Shown here piece after piece: positions 1 to 9,578 of a DNA stretch of 64,000 nt. Within the stretch, counting starts at the first letter, position 1. Each line of letters begins with the position of its first letter. Source of the stretch: Longimicrobiales bacterium (GTDB taxonomy: Bacteria; Gemmatimonadota; Gemmatimonadetes; Longimicrobiales; Gaopeijiaceae). The notes below the pieces were generated by a model. That model searched no databases. It was given only the letters and a program-made list of their open reading frames with translations, and was not told the DNA's origin. The position numbers and the translations under genes were made by a program. Location of the stretch: assembly GCA_965202985.1 (NCBI GenBank), contig CBDBCF010000002.1, forward strand, positions 160,001 through 224,000. The letters run 5' to 3'.

Positions 1-3000
1 GGCCGGGACCTCGGTAGATCACGTCGGGCGTCGTGGTACCCAGGACGCGGTCCAGCCGAATCTGCTCGTCGCGCCCGCCTTCCGCGAAACCGGCCCGCAA
101 CAGCAATCGACGGAGCTTGGCCTCGGCGGCGTTGACGGGGATGGTGCTGCTGCGTGGAAGAGTCGCGTCCGGCTGACGGGGCGGAATGTTGTGCTCCCAC
201 GCCAGGTTGCTCCCCCACTTGTCGAAGCGCTTGACTGCGTTTCCGCGGTCGAGGAAGCGGTGGTAGTAGGCGTTGCGGAAGGTCTGGAGGCAGTCGGTGC
301 ACGCCGATTCGCACAGGGCGGGGCACTCGCCGACGACTTGCCGGGCCGCCGCGACCACTTCTCCAAAGCGGTCGCATATCCGCTCCAAGAGGCCGGAGCC
401 GCCGGGCATCGGGTCCCACAGCAGCGCGTCCACGGCCTCCTCGTGCATCTTGCCGACGACCAGGACCTGCAGGTCGTCGATGTGCATGTCGAGCACGCGG
501 GCGGCGCCGAAGCGCAGGGCCTCCAAGACGCTGTGCGCCGTAGTCTGGCCGTCGCACGCCGGCAGGGAAAGGGCGTCCGCGATCACGTCCGCATGGAAGC
601 CCACGAGTCCCGGCTTGCGGTTGCACCGCTCCTCGTGGCCCTTGTCGAACTCCTCCCGCTGGCGGTCCGACGCGAACGGCGAGACGCTGTGGCCGCAAAC
701 CGAGCACACGGGATAACCCAGCGCGCCCCCGCCTTCCATGGAGGTCGCGGGACCTACGTTGACCAGACGCATCCGCACGCCCCGGCGAAGCAGCAACGAT
801 TGCGCGCCCCACCGATAGGCATCGCCGCCGCTGTGCTGGTTGCGCTCGACGCCCGCGACGGCGACTCCCAGCTGAAAGCGAAGGTCCTCTTCGTCGGAGA
901 TGTGGGACGTGTGCACGAGGTCGACGTCGCAGACGGCCATGGTGGGCAGCGTTGCGTCCCCGTCGGTGCCGCCGCCGTGCGGGGCCTCGGCAACGGCCCG
1001 CCGCCTCCGCGACACCGCGTAGGTCGCCATGTCGGTCCGGCGCTCGTTGGCGTCCCTGTGAAAGCGGCGGGCGGCGAAGCGATGGCCGTTGGCGTAGATC
1101 AGGTTGCCGGGCACGTACTCGCGCAGCGCGGTAGCCGGCGGACGCGGAAGCCGGAACTCCGCGGGCCCCGCCTTCCAGAAGGGCACTTCGGCCCAGCCCG
1201 TCACCGCGCCGGTCTCCAGGCCGTATCCGGGCAGGAATCCCTCCGCGGCGAGCACGCCGAAGGTGTTGGCGTCGTCGTGTCCCTCCGCATGTCTCCAGTT
1301 TCTCGGCGATGTGCCCTTCAGCTGCTTGACCAGCCGGTCGCAACGTCGGCGCAGCGCCTCCTCGGGCGGCTCCAGGCTTCCCTTCAGTTCCTGTTCGCGG
1401 TTCAAGCGCCCGATCTGCCGCATCGCCCACTGCAAGCGGTGCCGCAGGCGCGTCACGACCTCTTCGAGCTCGTCGGTGAATCGCTGCACGTGGCCTTGCA
1501 GCGCCGCGTCGGCTACGACTGCCGCGTCCGCCTCGGGCCAGCCCTGACGGAACACGCGCTTCGCGTCGTGCGTCAAGCTGTGCGAAAGGTCCTCCACGAG
1601 GCTCCGCAGGGGGCCGAAGTCGAAGGGCGCATCCCGCACCGCTCCGTCGGCGAACAGGTAGGGCGCCACTCGCCGGGGCAGGGCCGCGTTCAGCATGTTG
1701 CGAATGCGGTTTCGCTCGGCCTCGGGTCGTTCCGGGTCCTGGCTGTACCGGTACAGGGCGCCGATCGCGACGGCGTGAACGTGCTTGGCGACCATCACCT
1801 CGTTGCGAAGGTTGAACGCCGGCGGGTCGATCTTGCCGCCCAGAAGCTTCGGCGGGTCGGCGAAGTAGGCGCGGTCGTGGGAAACGGGCCGGCAGTAGGT
1901 CACGTTCACGGCCATGCGGTGACGCCGGCCCGCTCGCCCGGCGCGTTGCCAGTAGTTGGCGGGCAGAGGCGGCACATTGCGCATGAGCACCGAGTCCAGC
2001 CGACCGATGTCGATCCCGAGCTCCAGCGTCGGCGTGCACACGAGGCAGTTCACGGCATCGGACTCGCCCTTGAATCGGTTCTCCAGCCGGTCGCGCTCGT
2101 CGGGCGGCACCATGGCGGTGTGCTCATCGGAGCGAAGCATCGAGTAGTCGCCGTCCAGCAGCCGCAAGTTGTAGTCGTCGGGGTCCTCCTTGATCCACTC
2201 CAGCGCGCCGTCGCACCGCCAGGCCGGGCACAAGCCGTGGGGCACGTCGCGGGTGGCCTTGCGCCTGCACTTCCTGCAACGCCACACGCCCCTGTTCGGC
2301 TTCAACAGCAGCTTGTCGGCGGCCACCTGAAACACCCCGCTCACTCCCGGCAGCGGTCTCTTCCTGGACCCCTTGAGGACGACCCGGACAAGCAGCCCCG
2401 CCTCGACCAAGTATTCGAACAGGCCCTCCAGAAACGCCTCGACCGCGTCTCCCGCCACGCCCCACTTCCTGGCGATCTGGCGCATCGTGGTGTCGCCGCC
2501 GCCGGTGCTCAGCCACTGGGTGACCTGCGCGGGCTTCTCTGTCGGCTCTCGGCGTAGCTTCGTGGCGTTGGGCTTGAGGAAGCCGGGAAGGTAGCCCTGC
2601 TGAACTTCCCGATCGCCGTCCATCCAATGCTTGGTGAAGACCTCGTGCACGGGGTCGAAGAGCGCGCGCTTGCGGCGCAGATAGTCCAGGACGCTGGCGA
2701 CGCCTTCGCGCAACTTGTCGGGCGGGATGCCCAGCTGGTGGGCGTGAAGCTGAATCCACGGGTCCGTCGAACTCAGGCCGTCGTACTCCACCTTCATCCG
2801 GCCCCACGGCTCCAGGCCGTATGCTTGGCGCGGGGAAAGGGCCACCTCGCGCAGCACTTGAATGCGCAGGTACTTCCGGCGCTCCTGCCTGTGACGGACT
2901 CCGGTGCCGTCGCTCGGGGCGGCCTGCCAGACTTCGGGGATCAGCGCCCGAGAGAGGGCTTCGTCCTCGTCCAGTCGGTCGTCCAGGGATGCTGTAAGGT

Positions 3001-5185
3001 CGCCGACGGAGATCGTGCCGGCCTCGAGCACTTGGCTCATGAGCGCGCGCAGGCGGAAGCGGCGGGCGTGATCTTTCATCCAGCCCGCCTGGAACGCGGC
3101 GTCCTGCCGGTTGTCGCAGAAGACGAGAAGGCGCCGCCGCTCGGCGTGTTGCACCATGTCCTGCGAAAGGACGTGCACGTCGGCAACGTTGACGGCGCGC
3201 ACCTCGCGGGCAGGCTCCCGGTACCGACCGCCGCTGGGACGGCGACCCACCGATCCGCACGACAGGCAGCTCGTGAGAAGGCCCGGATTGTCCTTCTTCT
3301 GCCGGACCGCCAGCAGCTCCAAGAGCGGCCCCGGGCGGCCGCATGCCGAGCAGCTCGCCTGTGCCCGGGCGTGAGCGGCGCCGCAGCGACGGCAGAAGGC
3401 GAGCGACGCCGTGCGCTTGTGGGCGGGTGCGTCGTCGTCGTCCGCTTCGTCCGCGCCGATGAGCCGGTCGGTGACCAGGACGCGCTTTCCGCCCGCCTTC
3501 TGGTCCAGTCGCTCCCACCAGGGACCGCTGGGGCTCGCGTTGCCCCCGCCCGGCTTGGTTCCCGTGAAGGCGAAGTCCTTGAGGAATGCGACGAAGTAGT
3601 GCTGTCCGCACGTCGTGCAGGTGGTCACGGGGAAGCGGGCGCGGGCGCCGTCGGGTCCGTTGCTGGCGGCTTCGTCTTCGGCGGCCAGCCAGAGCCTGGG
3701 ACCGGAGGCCCCGTCGGGGAACGACGCGACCGCGCCGCCGACGCCGCGCACGAACGCATGCACGACGGGGCGAAGCAATGGGCGCCCTTGCAGGCGTGCC
3801 GCCGCCCCCAGCGTGAGCCAGGACAGGATCTCGGCTTGGGACGCGGACCTTCCAATCCGTTGCTCTAGGGCGGCGGGCAACGCCTCCAGGGCACGGGGCT
3901 CGGCAAGCTCCTCGTTCAGCGCGTAGACGACCTCGTTCTGCGACAGAGCCGCGTGCAGCGCCACCGGCCAGCCTTTGCCGCTGCCATCTCCATCGCCATC
4001 CGCGCCCGGAAGCGTTCGGCCCGACAGGGACCAGTAGGCCGCGCGAACCCTGCCTCCTACCGGGTCTTCGTCTTCGACGGCTCGCACGCACTGGTCGAGG
4101 ATGCCGGTGGCGTCTCCGTCGGGCGTGGGCGGCAGGAATCGCTGGCTAGCCCAGACCTCGGCCTCGTAGTCCTCTCCGACGGTTGCCACGTCCTCCGGCG
4201 CGACGCCGAAGAACCGAGCGGCGAAGTTGCGCGCCGCTTCCGGGTCCTCCCGGTCCACGATGGTGGCGGAAGTGGCGATGCACGTCGTGTGCTCCGGCCC
4301 CGCGTCGCAGAAGGCGCGAAGGCGGCGGAGCAGACAAGCGGACTCGGCCCCCATGACGCCAGTGAAGGTGTGGGCCTCGTCGAACACCAGGTAGTCCAGG
4401 CGCGCGCCGGCGAATAGTTCGATGTCGCGGCGGCGGGTCAGCAGAAGCTCCAGCTGCTTCACGTTGGTGAGCAGGATGCGCGGCTGGCGGCCCGGCGTCC
4501 GCATCGCTTCGCGCGAGCACACTTCCTCTGCAGGGTAGACGGCCTCTCCTTGACCGTCCTTTCGCGCCTGCTCCAACCGCGCCCGGTAGTCTGCCCGGGA
4601 CGAACCGGCGGGCAAGCGGAGGCCCGTCACGCCAGACTCCCCTTCCGGAGTCTTGCCGACGTAGATGCCGAACGAGACTCCAGTTCCGGCCAGCAGGTCC
4701 CGGAGCCGCAACAGCTGGTCCTCGGCGAGCGCGTTCATGGGGTAGACGATCACGGCGCTGACGCCCGGCGGCGCGTCTTCGTCCCGCAGCTCCAGGCACT
4801 TGCTGACGATGGGGTAGAGAAAGCACTCGGTCTTGCCCGAGCCGGTGCCCGTGGACACCAGTGTGGTCCGTCCCTCGGCGACGGCCCGAACCGCCTTTTC
4901 CTGGTGGCTGTACAGGTGAGTGATCGCCTCGGGAATCCGCTCCCGAAGAAGCGGGTGCAGCAGCCCCTCGCCCACCAGGTCATCCACCGCCGCGCCCTGC
5001 CTGAACGGGCGGGACAGGCTAACGTAAGGTCCCTTCAGCAGGGGCGACTGCCGGGTCTCGTCCAGAGAGAGGAGGTCGCGCATCTGGCCGCGAAGCCCCT
5101 CGTCCATGAACGGATAGGCCGTGAGCTGGTACCGCAGGAAGCTGCCGACAACCTTCTCGGTGTAGGCGACGGGGTTCAGGGCCAT
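1..5185 (-). CDS. DEAD/DEAH-box helicase with C-terminal DUF1998 (DruE/DrmAB-like), 3' end beyond the window
   Basis: Not in the ORF track because it has no stop in the window. Translated by hand from ATG 5185 (MALNPVAYTEKVVGSFLRYQL). Motifs: STGTGSGKTECFLYP, YPMNALAEDQL, FDEAH, ATSAT, TPTLELGIDIG, QRAGRAGRR and DUF1998-type LYDPMPGGSG...CPALCESACTDCLQTFRN. The tail EAKLRRLL...TTTPDVIY may begin a nuclease domain. Confidence 0.9.
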   Translation of the reverse strand, partial: MALNPVAYTEKVVGSFLRYQLTAYPFMDEGLRGQMRDLLSLDETRQSPLLKGPYVSLSRPFRQGAAVDDLVGEGLLHPLLRERIPEAITHLYSHQEKAVRAVAEGRTTLVSTGTGSGKTECFLYPIVSKCLELRDEDAPPGVSAVIVYPMNALAEDQLLRLRDLLAGTGVSFGIYVGKTPEGESGVTGLRLPAGSSRADYRARLEQARKDGQGEAVYPAEEVCSREAMRTPGRQPRILLTNVKQLELLLTRRRDIELFAGARLDYLVFDEAHTFTGVMGAESACLLRRLRAFCDAGPEHTTCIATSATIVDREDPEAARNFAARFFGVAPEDVATVGEDYEAEVWASQRFLPPTPDGDATGILDQCVRAVEDEDPVGGRVRAAYWSLSGRTLPGADGDGDGSGKGWPVALHAALSQNEVVYALNEELAEPRALEALPAALEQRIGRSASQAEILSWLTLGAAARLQGRPLLRPVVHAFVRGVGGAVASFPDGASGPRLWLAAEDEAASNGPDGARARFPVTTCTTCGQHYFVAFLKDFAFTGTKPGGGNASPSGPWWERLDQKAGGKRVLVTDRLIGADEADDDDAPAHKRTASLAFCRRCGAAHARAQASCSACGRPGPLLELLAVRQKKDNPGLLTSCLSCGSVGRRPSGGRYREPAREVRAVNVADVHVLSQDMVQHAERRRLLVFCDNRQDAAFQAGWMKDHARRFRLRALMSQVLEAGTISVGDLTASLDDRLDEDEALSRALIPEVWQAAPSDGTGVRHRQERRKYLRIQVLREVALSPRQAYGLEPWGRMKVEYDGLSSTDPWIQLHAHQLGIPPDKLREGVASVLDYLRRKRALFDPVHEVFTKHWMDGDREVQQGYLPGFLKPNATKLRREPTEKPAQVTQWLSTGGGDTTMRQIARKWGVAGDAVEAFLEGLFEYLVEAGLLVRVVLKGSRKRPLPGVSGVFQVAADKLLLKPNRGVWRCRKCRRKATRDVPHGLCPAWRCDGALEWIKEDPDDYNLRLLDGDYSMLRSDEHTAMVPPDERDRLENRFKGESDAVNCLVCTPTLELGIDIGRLDSVLMRNVPPLPANYWQRAGRAGRRHRMAVNVTYCRPVSHDRAYFADPPKLLGGKIDPPAFNLRNEVMVAKHVHAVAIGALYRYSQDPERPEAERNRIRNMLNAALPRRVAPYLFADGAVRDAPFDFGPLRSLVEDLSHSLTHDAKRVFRQGWPEADAAVVADAALQGHVQRFTDELEEVVTRLRHRLQWAMRQIGRLNREQELKGSLEPPEEALRRRCDRLVKQLKGTSPRNWRHAEGHDDANTFGVLAAEGFLPGYGLETGAVTGWAEVPFWKAGPAEFRLPRPPATALREYVPGNLIYANGHRFAARRFHRDANERRTDMATYAVSRRRRAVAEAPHGGGTDGDATLPTMAVCDVDLVHTSHISDEEDLRFQLGVAVAGVERNQHSGGDAYRWGAQSLLLRRGVRMRLVNVGPATSMEGGGALGYPVCSVCGHSVSPFASDRQREEFDKGHEERCNRKPGLVGFHADVIADALSLPACDGQTTAHSVLEALRFGAARVLDMHIDDLQVLVVGKMHEEAVDALLWDPMPGGSGLLERICDRFGEVVAAARQVVGECPALCESACTDCLQTFRNAYYHRFLDRGNAVKRFDKWGSNLAWEHNIPPRQPDATLPRSSTIPVNAAEAKLRRLLLRAGFAEGGRDEQIRLDRVLGTTTPDVIYRGPG

Positions 5186-5243
5186 GGACGGGGGCTGATC
5201 TTGTCAATCAACATCACGGATAGGCAGGTTCTTCTCGTCGGAG

Positions 5244-5756
5244 TCAATTGCCATTTCGGCTCTCCATGATTCGCAGGTAGTACTTGCCAATCAGCTCGTT
5301 GGGAATGTGCACGTTTCTCATGCCCTTGTTCTCGTTCCACACGATGTCCCACGGCGTGCCGGGCGCGTGGGCCATGCCGGACAGTTGCAGACCGCTGAAG
5401 TCGCCGTAGACCTTCCACACTCGTCCAAGGAGCGCGACCGCATTGACGTCGTCCGTCTCGACACGAGGCGTAACCAGCTTGAAGTCGGTTCCCACGAGCT
5501 CGAAGTCGGTCGCGTAGTCGAGTATGGGCGACGCGCCGTAGTGCTTGAACTCGTGGTAAACGGACGGGAAGACCGGGCCGTACTCCCATGCCTCGACGTA
5601 TTCGTCCGAGACCAGTGGTTTCCCGCCGCTGAGTGCGAGATGCCAGCCGTGAGAGATGTACACGAGCTTCTGAATCATCAGCGGCGATATCTCTTTCGTG
5701 CGAGTTCGTCCGAAGTCCAGGAAGTGATTCGCCACTGCTTTCGCGGTGTAGCCCAT
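5244..5756 (-). CDS. Panacea/SocA (DUF4065) family antitoxin-like protein
   Basis: MGYTAKAVANHFL...ISPLMIQKLVYISHGWHLA...EAWEYGPVFPSVYHEFK...LSGMAHAPGTPW matches the DUF4065 pattern. AGGAG RBS upstream of ATG 5756. Confidence 0.88.
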   Translation of the reverse strand: MGYTAKAVANHFLDFGRTRTKEISPLMIQKLVYISHGWHLALSGGKPLVSDEYVEAWEYGPVFPSVYHEFKHYGASPILDYATDFELVGTDFKLVTPRVETDDVNAVALLGRVWKVYGDFSGLQLSGMAHAPGTPWDIVWNENKGMRNVHIPNELIGKYYLRIMESRNGN

Positions 5757-5989
5757 CTGCGGTCTCCTCTTGCCGGGGATATGGGCGGTCCGGGCATCCA
5801 ACGAACTTGGTCACCACTCACTGTTTGATCGTAACACATCAATGCGACGCTTGTCAAGGTTGCTGCGCAAGCTCACGCCCGAGCGCGTCGGCTCCCAGAT
5901 TGCCCGCCGACAGACAACATCCTCAGGAGTGTCGACTTCCGACGGCGACCCCTGGCAGCGGCGGGAGCTCCTCCGGAAGCCGGTCCAGG

Positions 5990-6112
5990 TACGGGCGAGT
6001 TCCCGCCAAGCCCAGCCGTGTCGGGGAGGCGTCGAGCTGCGGCACGCGCTCCAGGAGGGTCCCGGCCCCTGCAAGGATGCGCCGATTGGACTCAGGGACG
6101 CCGCTCCGCAGC
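5990..6112 (-). pseudogene. Degenerate copy of the 3' (TPR-like) end of the AlbA_2/HATPase gene
   Basis: DNA aligns to ~10848-10975. Translates ALRSGVPESNRRILAGAGTLLERVPQLDASP, then shifts frame to HGWAWRELART (4-nt deletion relative to the intact gene). Confidence 0.85.
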
Positions 6113-6265
6113 GCGGGGCTGGCGGGATCGGGCTGTCCGAGGGCGAGTCGCACGCGCGGAGCGCGATGAGCCAGGCAGTTGACGGCCAAGGTTCCGGCGG
6201 GCATATTGCTTTCAGCGGGACGCGGACTTCAGTTCAGACACCCGGAGAACAGGAGTAGCATGTAG

Positions 6266-6634
6266 GTGGAAGAGCTGGACGGGGAACGGATCCTGGACGC
6301 GATCGACGCCGACACCTTGAGGGCAGCCCGGGTCAAGGGAGGGACCATGCCTCAGATCGAGGTCAACAGGGGCCGAATCGCAGCGTTGCTGGGGTGGTGC
6401 GACAAATGGAAGCGGCCTGATGAAGTCTACGCCGACGAGGCGTGGGAGATCTGCATCATCTGGCGCAGCGGGTACGGCAGGGTCGAGATCGGCACCGAAG
6501 AGGATGGCAGCGTCGGGTACTGCGTCAGCCGCACGTTGAGCGAGGAGAGCAAGGAAGGAAGCTTCCTGGAGCACAGCCGAGAGGAACTCGACCGAGTCAT
6601 GTCATGGCTAGAAGAGGTGCCCGAGGAGATCTGA
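6266..6634 (+). CDS. Hypothetical acidic protein (122 aa), preceded in frame by ATG-TAG
   Basis: Protein-like ORF. AGGAG RBS then ATG(6260) TAG(6263) GTG(6266). No family recognised. Confidence 0.55.
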   Translation: MEELDGERILDAIDADTLRAARVKGGTMPQIEVNRGRIAALLGWCDKWKRPDEVYADEAWEICIIWRSGYGRVEIGTEEDGSVGYCVSRTLSEESKEGSFLEHSREELDRVMSWLEEVPEEI

Positions 6635-6657
6635 GTCGGATACCAAGGAGGACGCCG

Positions 6658-6864
6658 GTGACGAGAACGCTGACTGCAATCATCGAACGCGAGGGCGACC
6701 TGTACGTCGCGACCTGTCCGTACTTCGACGTGATTACCCAAGGACACACCATTCAAGAAGCTCAAGACAACCTCAAAGAAGCCGTCGAGCTGTCGCCCGC
6801 CGAGAAGATGGCAAGGGATCGACCGGAGTTCTACGTTACCGACGTCGAAGTCACCGTTGGGTAG
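6658..6864 (+). CDS. hicB: HicB-family antitoxin (short, orphan)
   Basis: AGGAGG RBS and GTG start. MTRTLTAIIEREGDLYVATCPYFDVITQGHTIQEAQDNLKEAVEL is a typical HicB N-terminal domain. Confidence 0.85.
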   Translation: MTRTLTAIIEREGDLYVATCPYFDVITQGHTIQEAQDNLKEAVELSPAEKMARDRPEFYVTDVEVTVG

Positions 6865-7007
6865 CCGCGACACGGCTGGTACCACTGGGTCGAGACCGGG
6901 CAGTTGGACCGGGAGCTCAACGAGACGTCGGTGCGGGTGCGGGCCTGGCTGGCGCTAGTCGTCGAAGCCGGACCCTTGTGCGTGGCCTGTCCAACGCCGC
7001 GATGTCC

Positions 7008-9578
7008 TCAAGCGTCCACATCTGGTCGTACAGGCACTGCGTGAACCGCCGCGCGAACTTCGTCGTAGATGTCGATACCGAGTTCCTCGGCCACCTCCAG
7101 CGTTATGGCAAGCGCGTAGGGGACTTCTTCTTCCAAGCTCCCGGCCCCGGCGCGGCAGCTGACTTGAATTTCTAGGTCTGCGCCCTCGACAAATTCTGCT
7201 GGTCGTTGGCCTTCAAGTATCTCGTGCTGCAACGTCCCGCGTCGCACTGCCCGCCCATCTGCATGCTGGCGACGTACATTAATCGGGTCCTGCGGAGGGT
7301 CGAAGCTGAGGGCAGCTTTCCGCCAAGCTTGATGTCGTGGGTTGACCGGTGACAGCCACGCAAGGGTAATCGCGAGTCTTCGATGACCACGCTTCCCCTG
7401 CAGGGACGGCGGCAACGGGAAGCGAAGGATGTGCGACTGGTCTTGCCGAAGCATACCGCCACCGAGAGCCGTGACTCGCTGGGCAGTGCACTCTTGCACT
7501 CGATCGATGTTCACTACTCCGTATCCAAGGAACCGCGTGACGTGCTCTTTGAGCTGTCGGCTGTTGTTCTTGTTCTTCAGTACCCGAGTCAGTATCGCTC
7601 CTGCCTCTCCCCATTCTGCTCCGTGCGCGACGATTGCCTTGAGCCAAACTGCTCGGGGAACGCCATCGATGGTCTCTCCCCACGGTTCCGCACGAAGCTC
7701 GTCCAAGACGTCGTAGAGCATCCCGCAGGCTCGACTGACCAGCGCGGTCGCGTTGCTCGTGCCCCGCGAGTACTTTACTGCTCCTCGGTCGCCCGGGTTT
7801 GCCCCCGGGGAGGCTACCCGCTGTCCGGGTGGAAGCGGTCCTCCGTAGAGCTCGAAAGCGGCTCTGCCTCTCTTCGTTTGCTGCACCATGACCCGTCCAC
7901 CTGCCGCCAACACATCTGGCTTTATCCCGCGACGATGCCCCATGCCTTGAGCGTTGATTGGACTGGGAAGCCCCGTGGCAGTAAAGGGATCGTCCCATCC
8001 GGGCGGCGGTGCCTCGGTCGACGCGTCCTCGTGCGCCGAAGCCACGGTGAGCGCATTCACTGCCTCGGCAGGCGAAAGGAGGCGGCGGTGTCGCGCGTCG
8101 GCGGCAACAGATCGAATCACCTCTTCCTGATTGTTGCCAAACAACTGTCGGCTCGGTTGTTTTACTGCCGACAGGTCGATGTTTCCATGGTTGCCGGCAC
8201 TTACGACAAAGAGGACCTTGTAATGCCACGCCAGCCAATCGAGCAAGCGTGCAAGTGGACTCAAGCTGAGATCAAAGGGCCGATCCCGGATGCCAATCGA
8301 CAGATTGACAATCGCCACGTGCGGTGCCACTGGTGCTTGGTTCCCGTCTCCCTCGAACAGGCGTCGAACCGCCCTGTGAATCAAATCGACCACGAGCGTT
8401 CCTTCGGGCATGGATTCGGCGTCCGCCCAGTCATGCGGTCGCAAGATCGGACGCACGTACAATGATCTCGCGAGAGGAACTTCACCTGCGGCCAGGTCGC
8501 CGTGGAGAATGAGCGACGCCATGGCAGTGCCATGCTGGCGCTGGAGGGGCGGAGAGTCTGCTTCGAAGCCGTCTGGATCATCAACGACGAGCCGTCCCTG
8601 AAGTCGACGGTGTGCCTGTAGCGGAAGCCCATCAAACATCGCAACAACGGGAAAGCCTGCCGGCGGCTCCTCTGACATCGCTTCCCGATCTTGATCCTGG
8701 AACTCGTCCGCCAGGCGCACGGACATCTGCCCGGCGGCTCGAAAGAACTGGATCGCCTCGCACTGGACGAGATCGATATCGGACTTGCCCATCTCCCACA
8801 CAGGGCGAATGTGAACCACAGGTAGCTGAATCAGAAGGGCGTGATAACGGATCTCTGGAATGTCCGCTTCGGCTTGCACTTGGCCGTCCATGCCTTTGGC
8901 AAGGCTCACAACCCGATTCCGAGCCGTACGACGCTGTTCCGGCTTGTTCCGATACCAGAGCTCGATTTCGCATGGTACCACTTCTTGACCGTGCTTCACA
9001 CGCTGGCGCCAATCTTCGAGTATTCCCGTTTCCGAAAGGCGGTCCTGTATGCCCCAGTGCCGAAGCTCACGGATCTGTTGAAAGAGCCACTTCCATTTAC
9101 CAAGGCGGTAAGGAAGCTTATCCCCCGACTGCCAGGTTTTCCAAAGCGACATCAGATACTTCAACGCATCTTGGTCCGAAAAGACCAAGAATACGCGGCC
9201 CCGAAGGTCCTTGTCCAGGCGTGTCTCGCGATCATGGGCCGTGGCGAAGAAATCGTCATCTGGAGGGATTCCCTCGACCTCTACCTCGGCAAGCCACTCC
9301 ATGCCGGGCACTCTCTCCACGGCGCGCATGAAATCGCCCACCGCCCCCACAGTCTCCAGCACTATCACTTCCTCGGGGACGAGATCACGCGACTCCGTTT
9401 GCAGCCGGACCCGCCGCTCGTCGAATGCTTGCCGTAGTCGCTTGAACTGGGGTGAAAGCCGTTCTTTCTGCCGCTCAACGCTCGGGCGTTGGAACTTTTC
9501 GCCGCCAAACCCGCTCCCTTTTTGCCGCGCCAAGGGCGCCCCTGGGCTCGGGAGAATCAGCAGAGGACGTTCAGGCAT
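7008..9578 (-). CDS. S8 subtilisin-like serine peptidase (IetS-like)
   Basis: Triad contexts AMFDG, HGTAMASLILHGD and GTSNATA; oxyanion VSAGNH. No signal peptide. ATG 9578 overlaps the stop of the upstream AAA ATPase. Confidence 0.9.
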   Translation of the reverse strand: MPERPLLILPSPGAPLARQKGSGFGGEKFQRPSVERQKERLSPQFKRLRQAFDERRVRLQTESRDLVPEEVIVLETVGAVGDFMRAVERVPGMEWLAEVEVEGIPPDDDFFATAHDRETRLDKDLRGRVFLVFSDQDALKYLMSLWKTWQSGDKLPYRLGKWKWLFQQIRELRHWGIQDRLSETGILEDWRQRVKHGQEVVPCEIELWYRNKPEQRRTARNRVVSLAKGMDGQVQAEADIPEIRYHALLIQLPVVHIRPVWEMGKSDIDLVQCEAIQFFRAAGQMSVRLADEFQDQDREAMSEEPPAGFPVVAMFDGLPLQAHRRLQGRLVVDDPDGFEADSPPLQRQHGTAMASLILHGDLAAGEVPLARSLYVRPILRPHDWADAESMPEGTLVVDLIHRAVRRLFEGDGNQAPVAPHVAIVNLSIGIRDRPFDLSLSPLARLLDWLAWHYKVLFVVSAGNHGNIDLSAVKQPSRQLFGNNQEEVIRSVAADARHRRLLSPAEAVNALTVASAHEDASTEAPPPGWDDPFTATGLPSPINAQGMGHRRGIKPDVLAAGGRVMVQQTKRGRAAFELYGGPLPPGQRVASPGANPGDRGAVKYSRGTSNATALVSRACGMLYDVLDELRAEPWGETIDGVPRAVWLKAIVAHGAEWGEAGAILTRVLKNKNNSRQLKEHVTRFLGYGVVNIDRVQECTAQRVTALGGGMLRQDQSHILRFPLPPSLQGKRGHRRLAITLAWLSPVNPRHQAWRKAALSFDPPQDPINVRRQHADGRAVRRGTLQHEILEGQRPAEFVEGADLEIQVSCRAGAGSLEEEVPYALAITLEVAEELGIDIYDEVRAAVHAVPVRPDVDA

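Noticed and set aside
191..3868. Long plus-strand ORFs (788 aa, 413 aa) and many similar ORFs across the window
   Set aside because: They are antisense shadows of real minus-strand genes, common in high-GC DNA, and have no recognisable motifs.
6260..6265. Pyrrolysine or amber recoding
   Set aside because: There are no pyl genes, and TAG acts as a normal stop in several genes here (hicB, floA, gltA).
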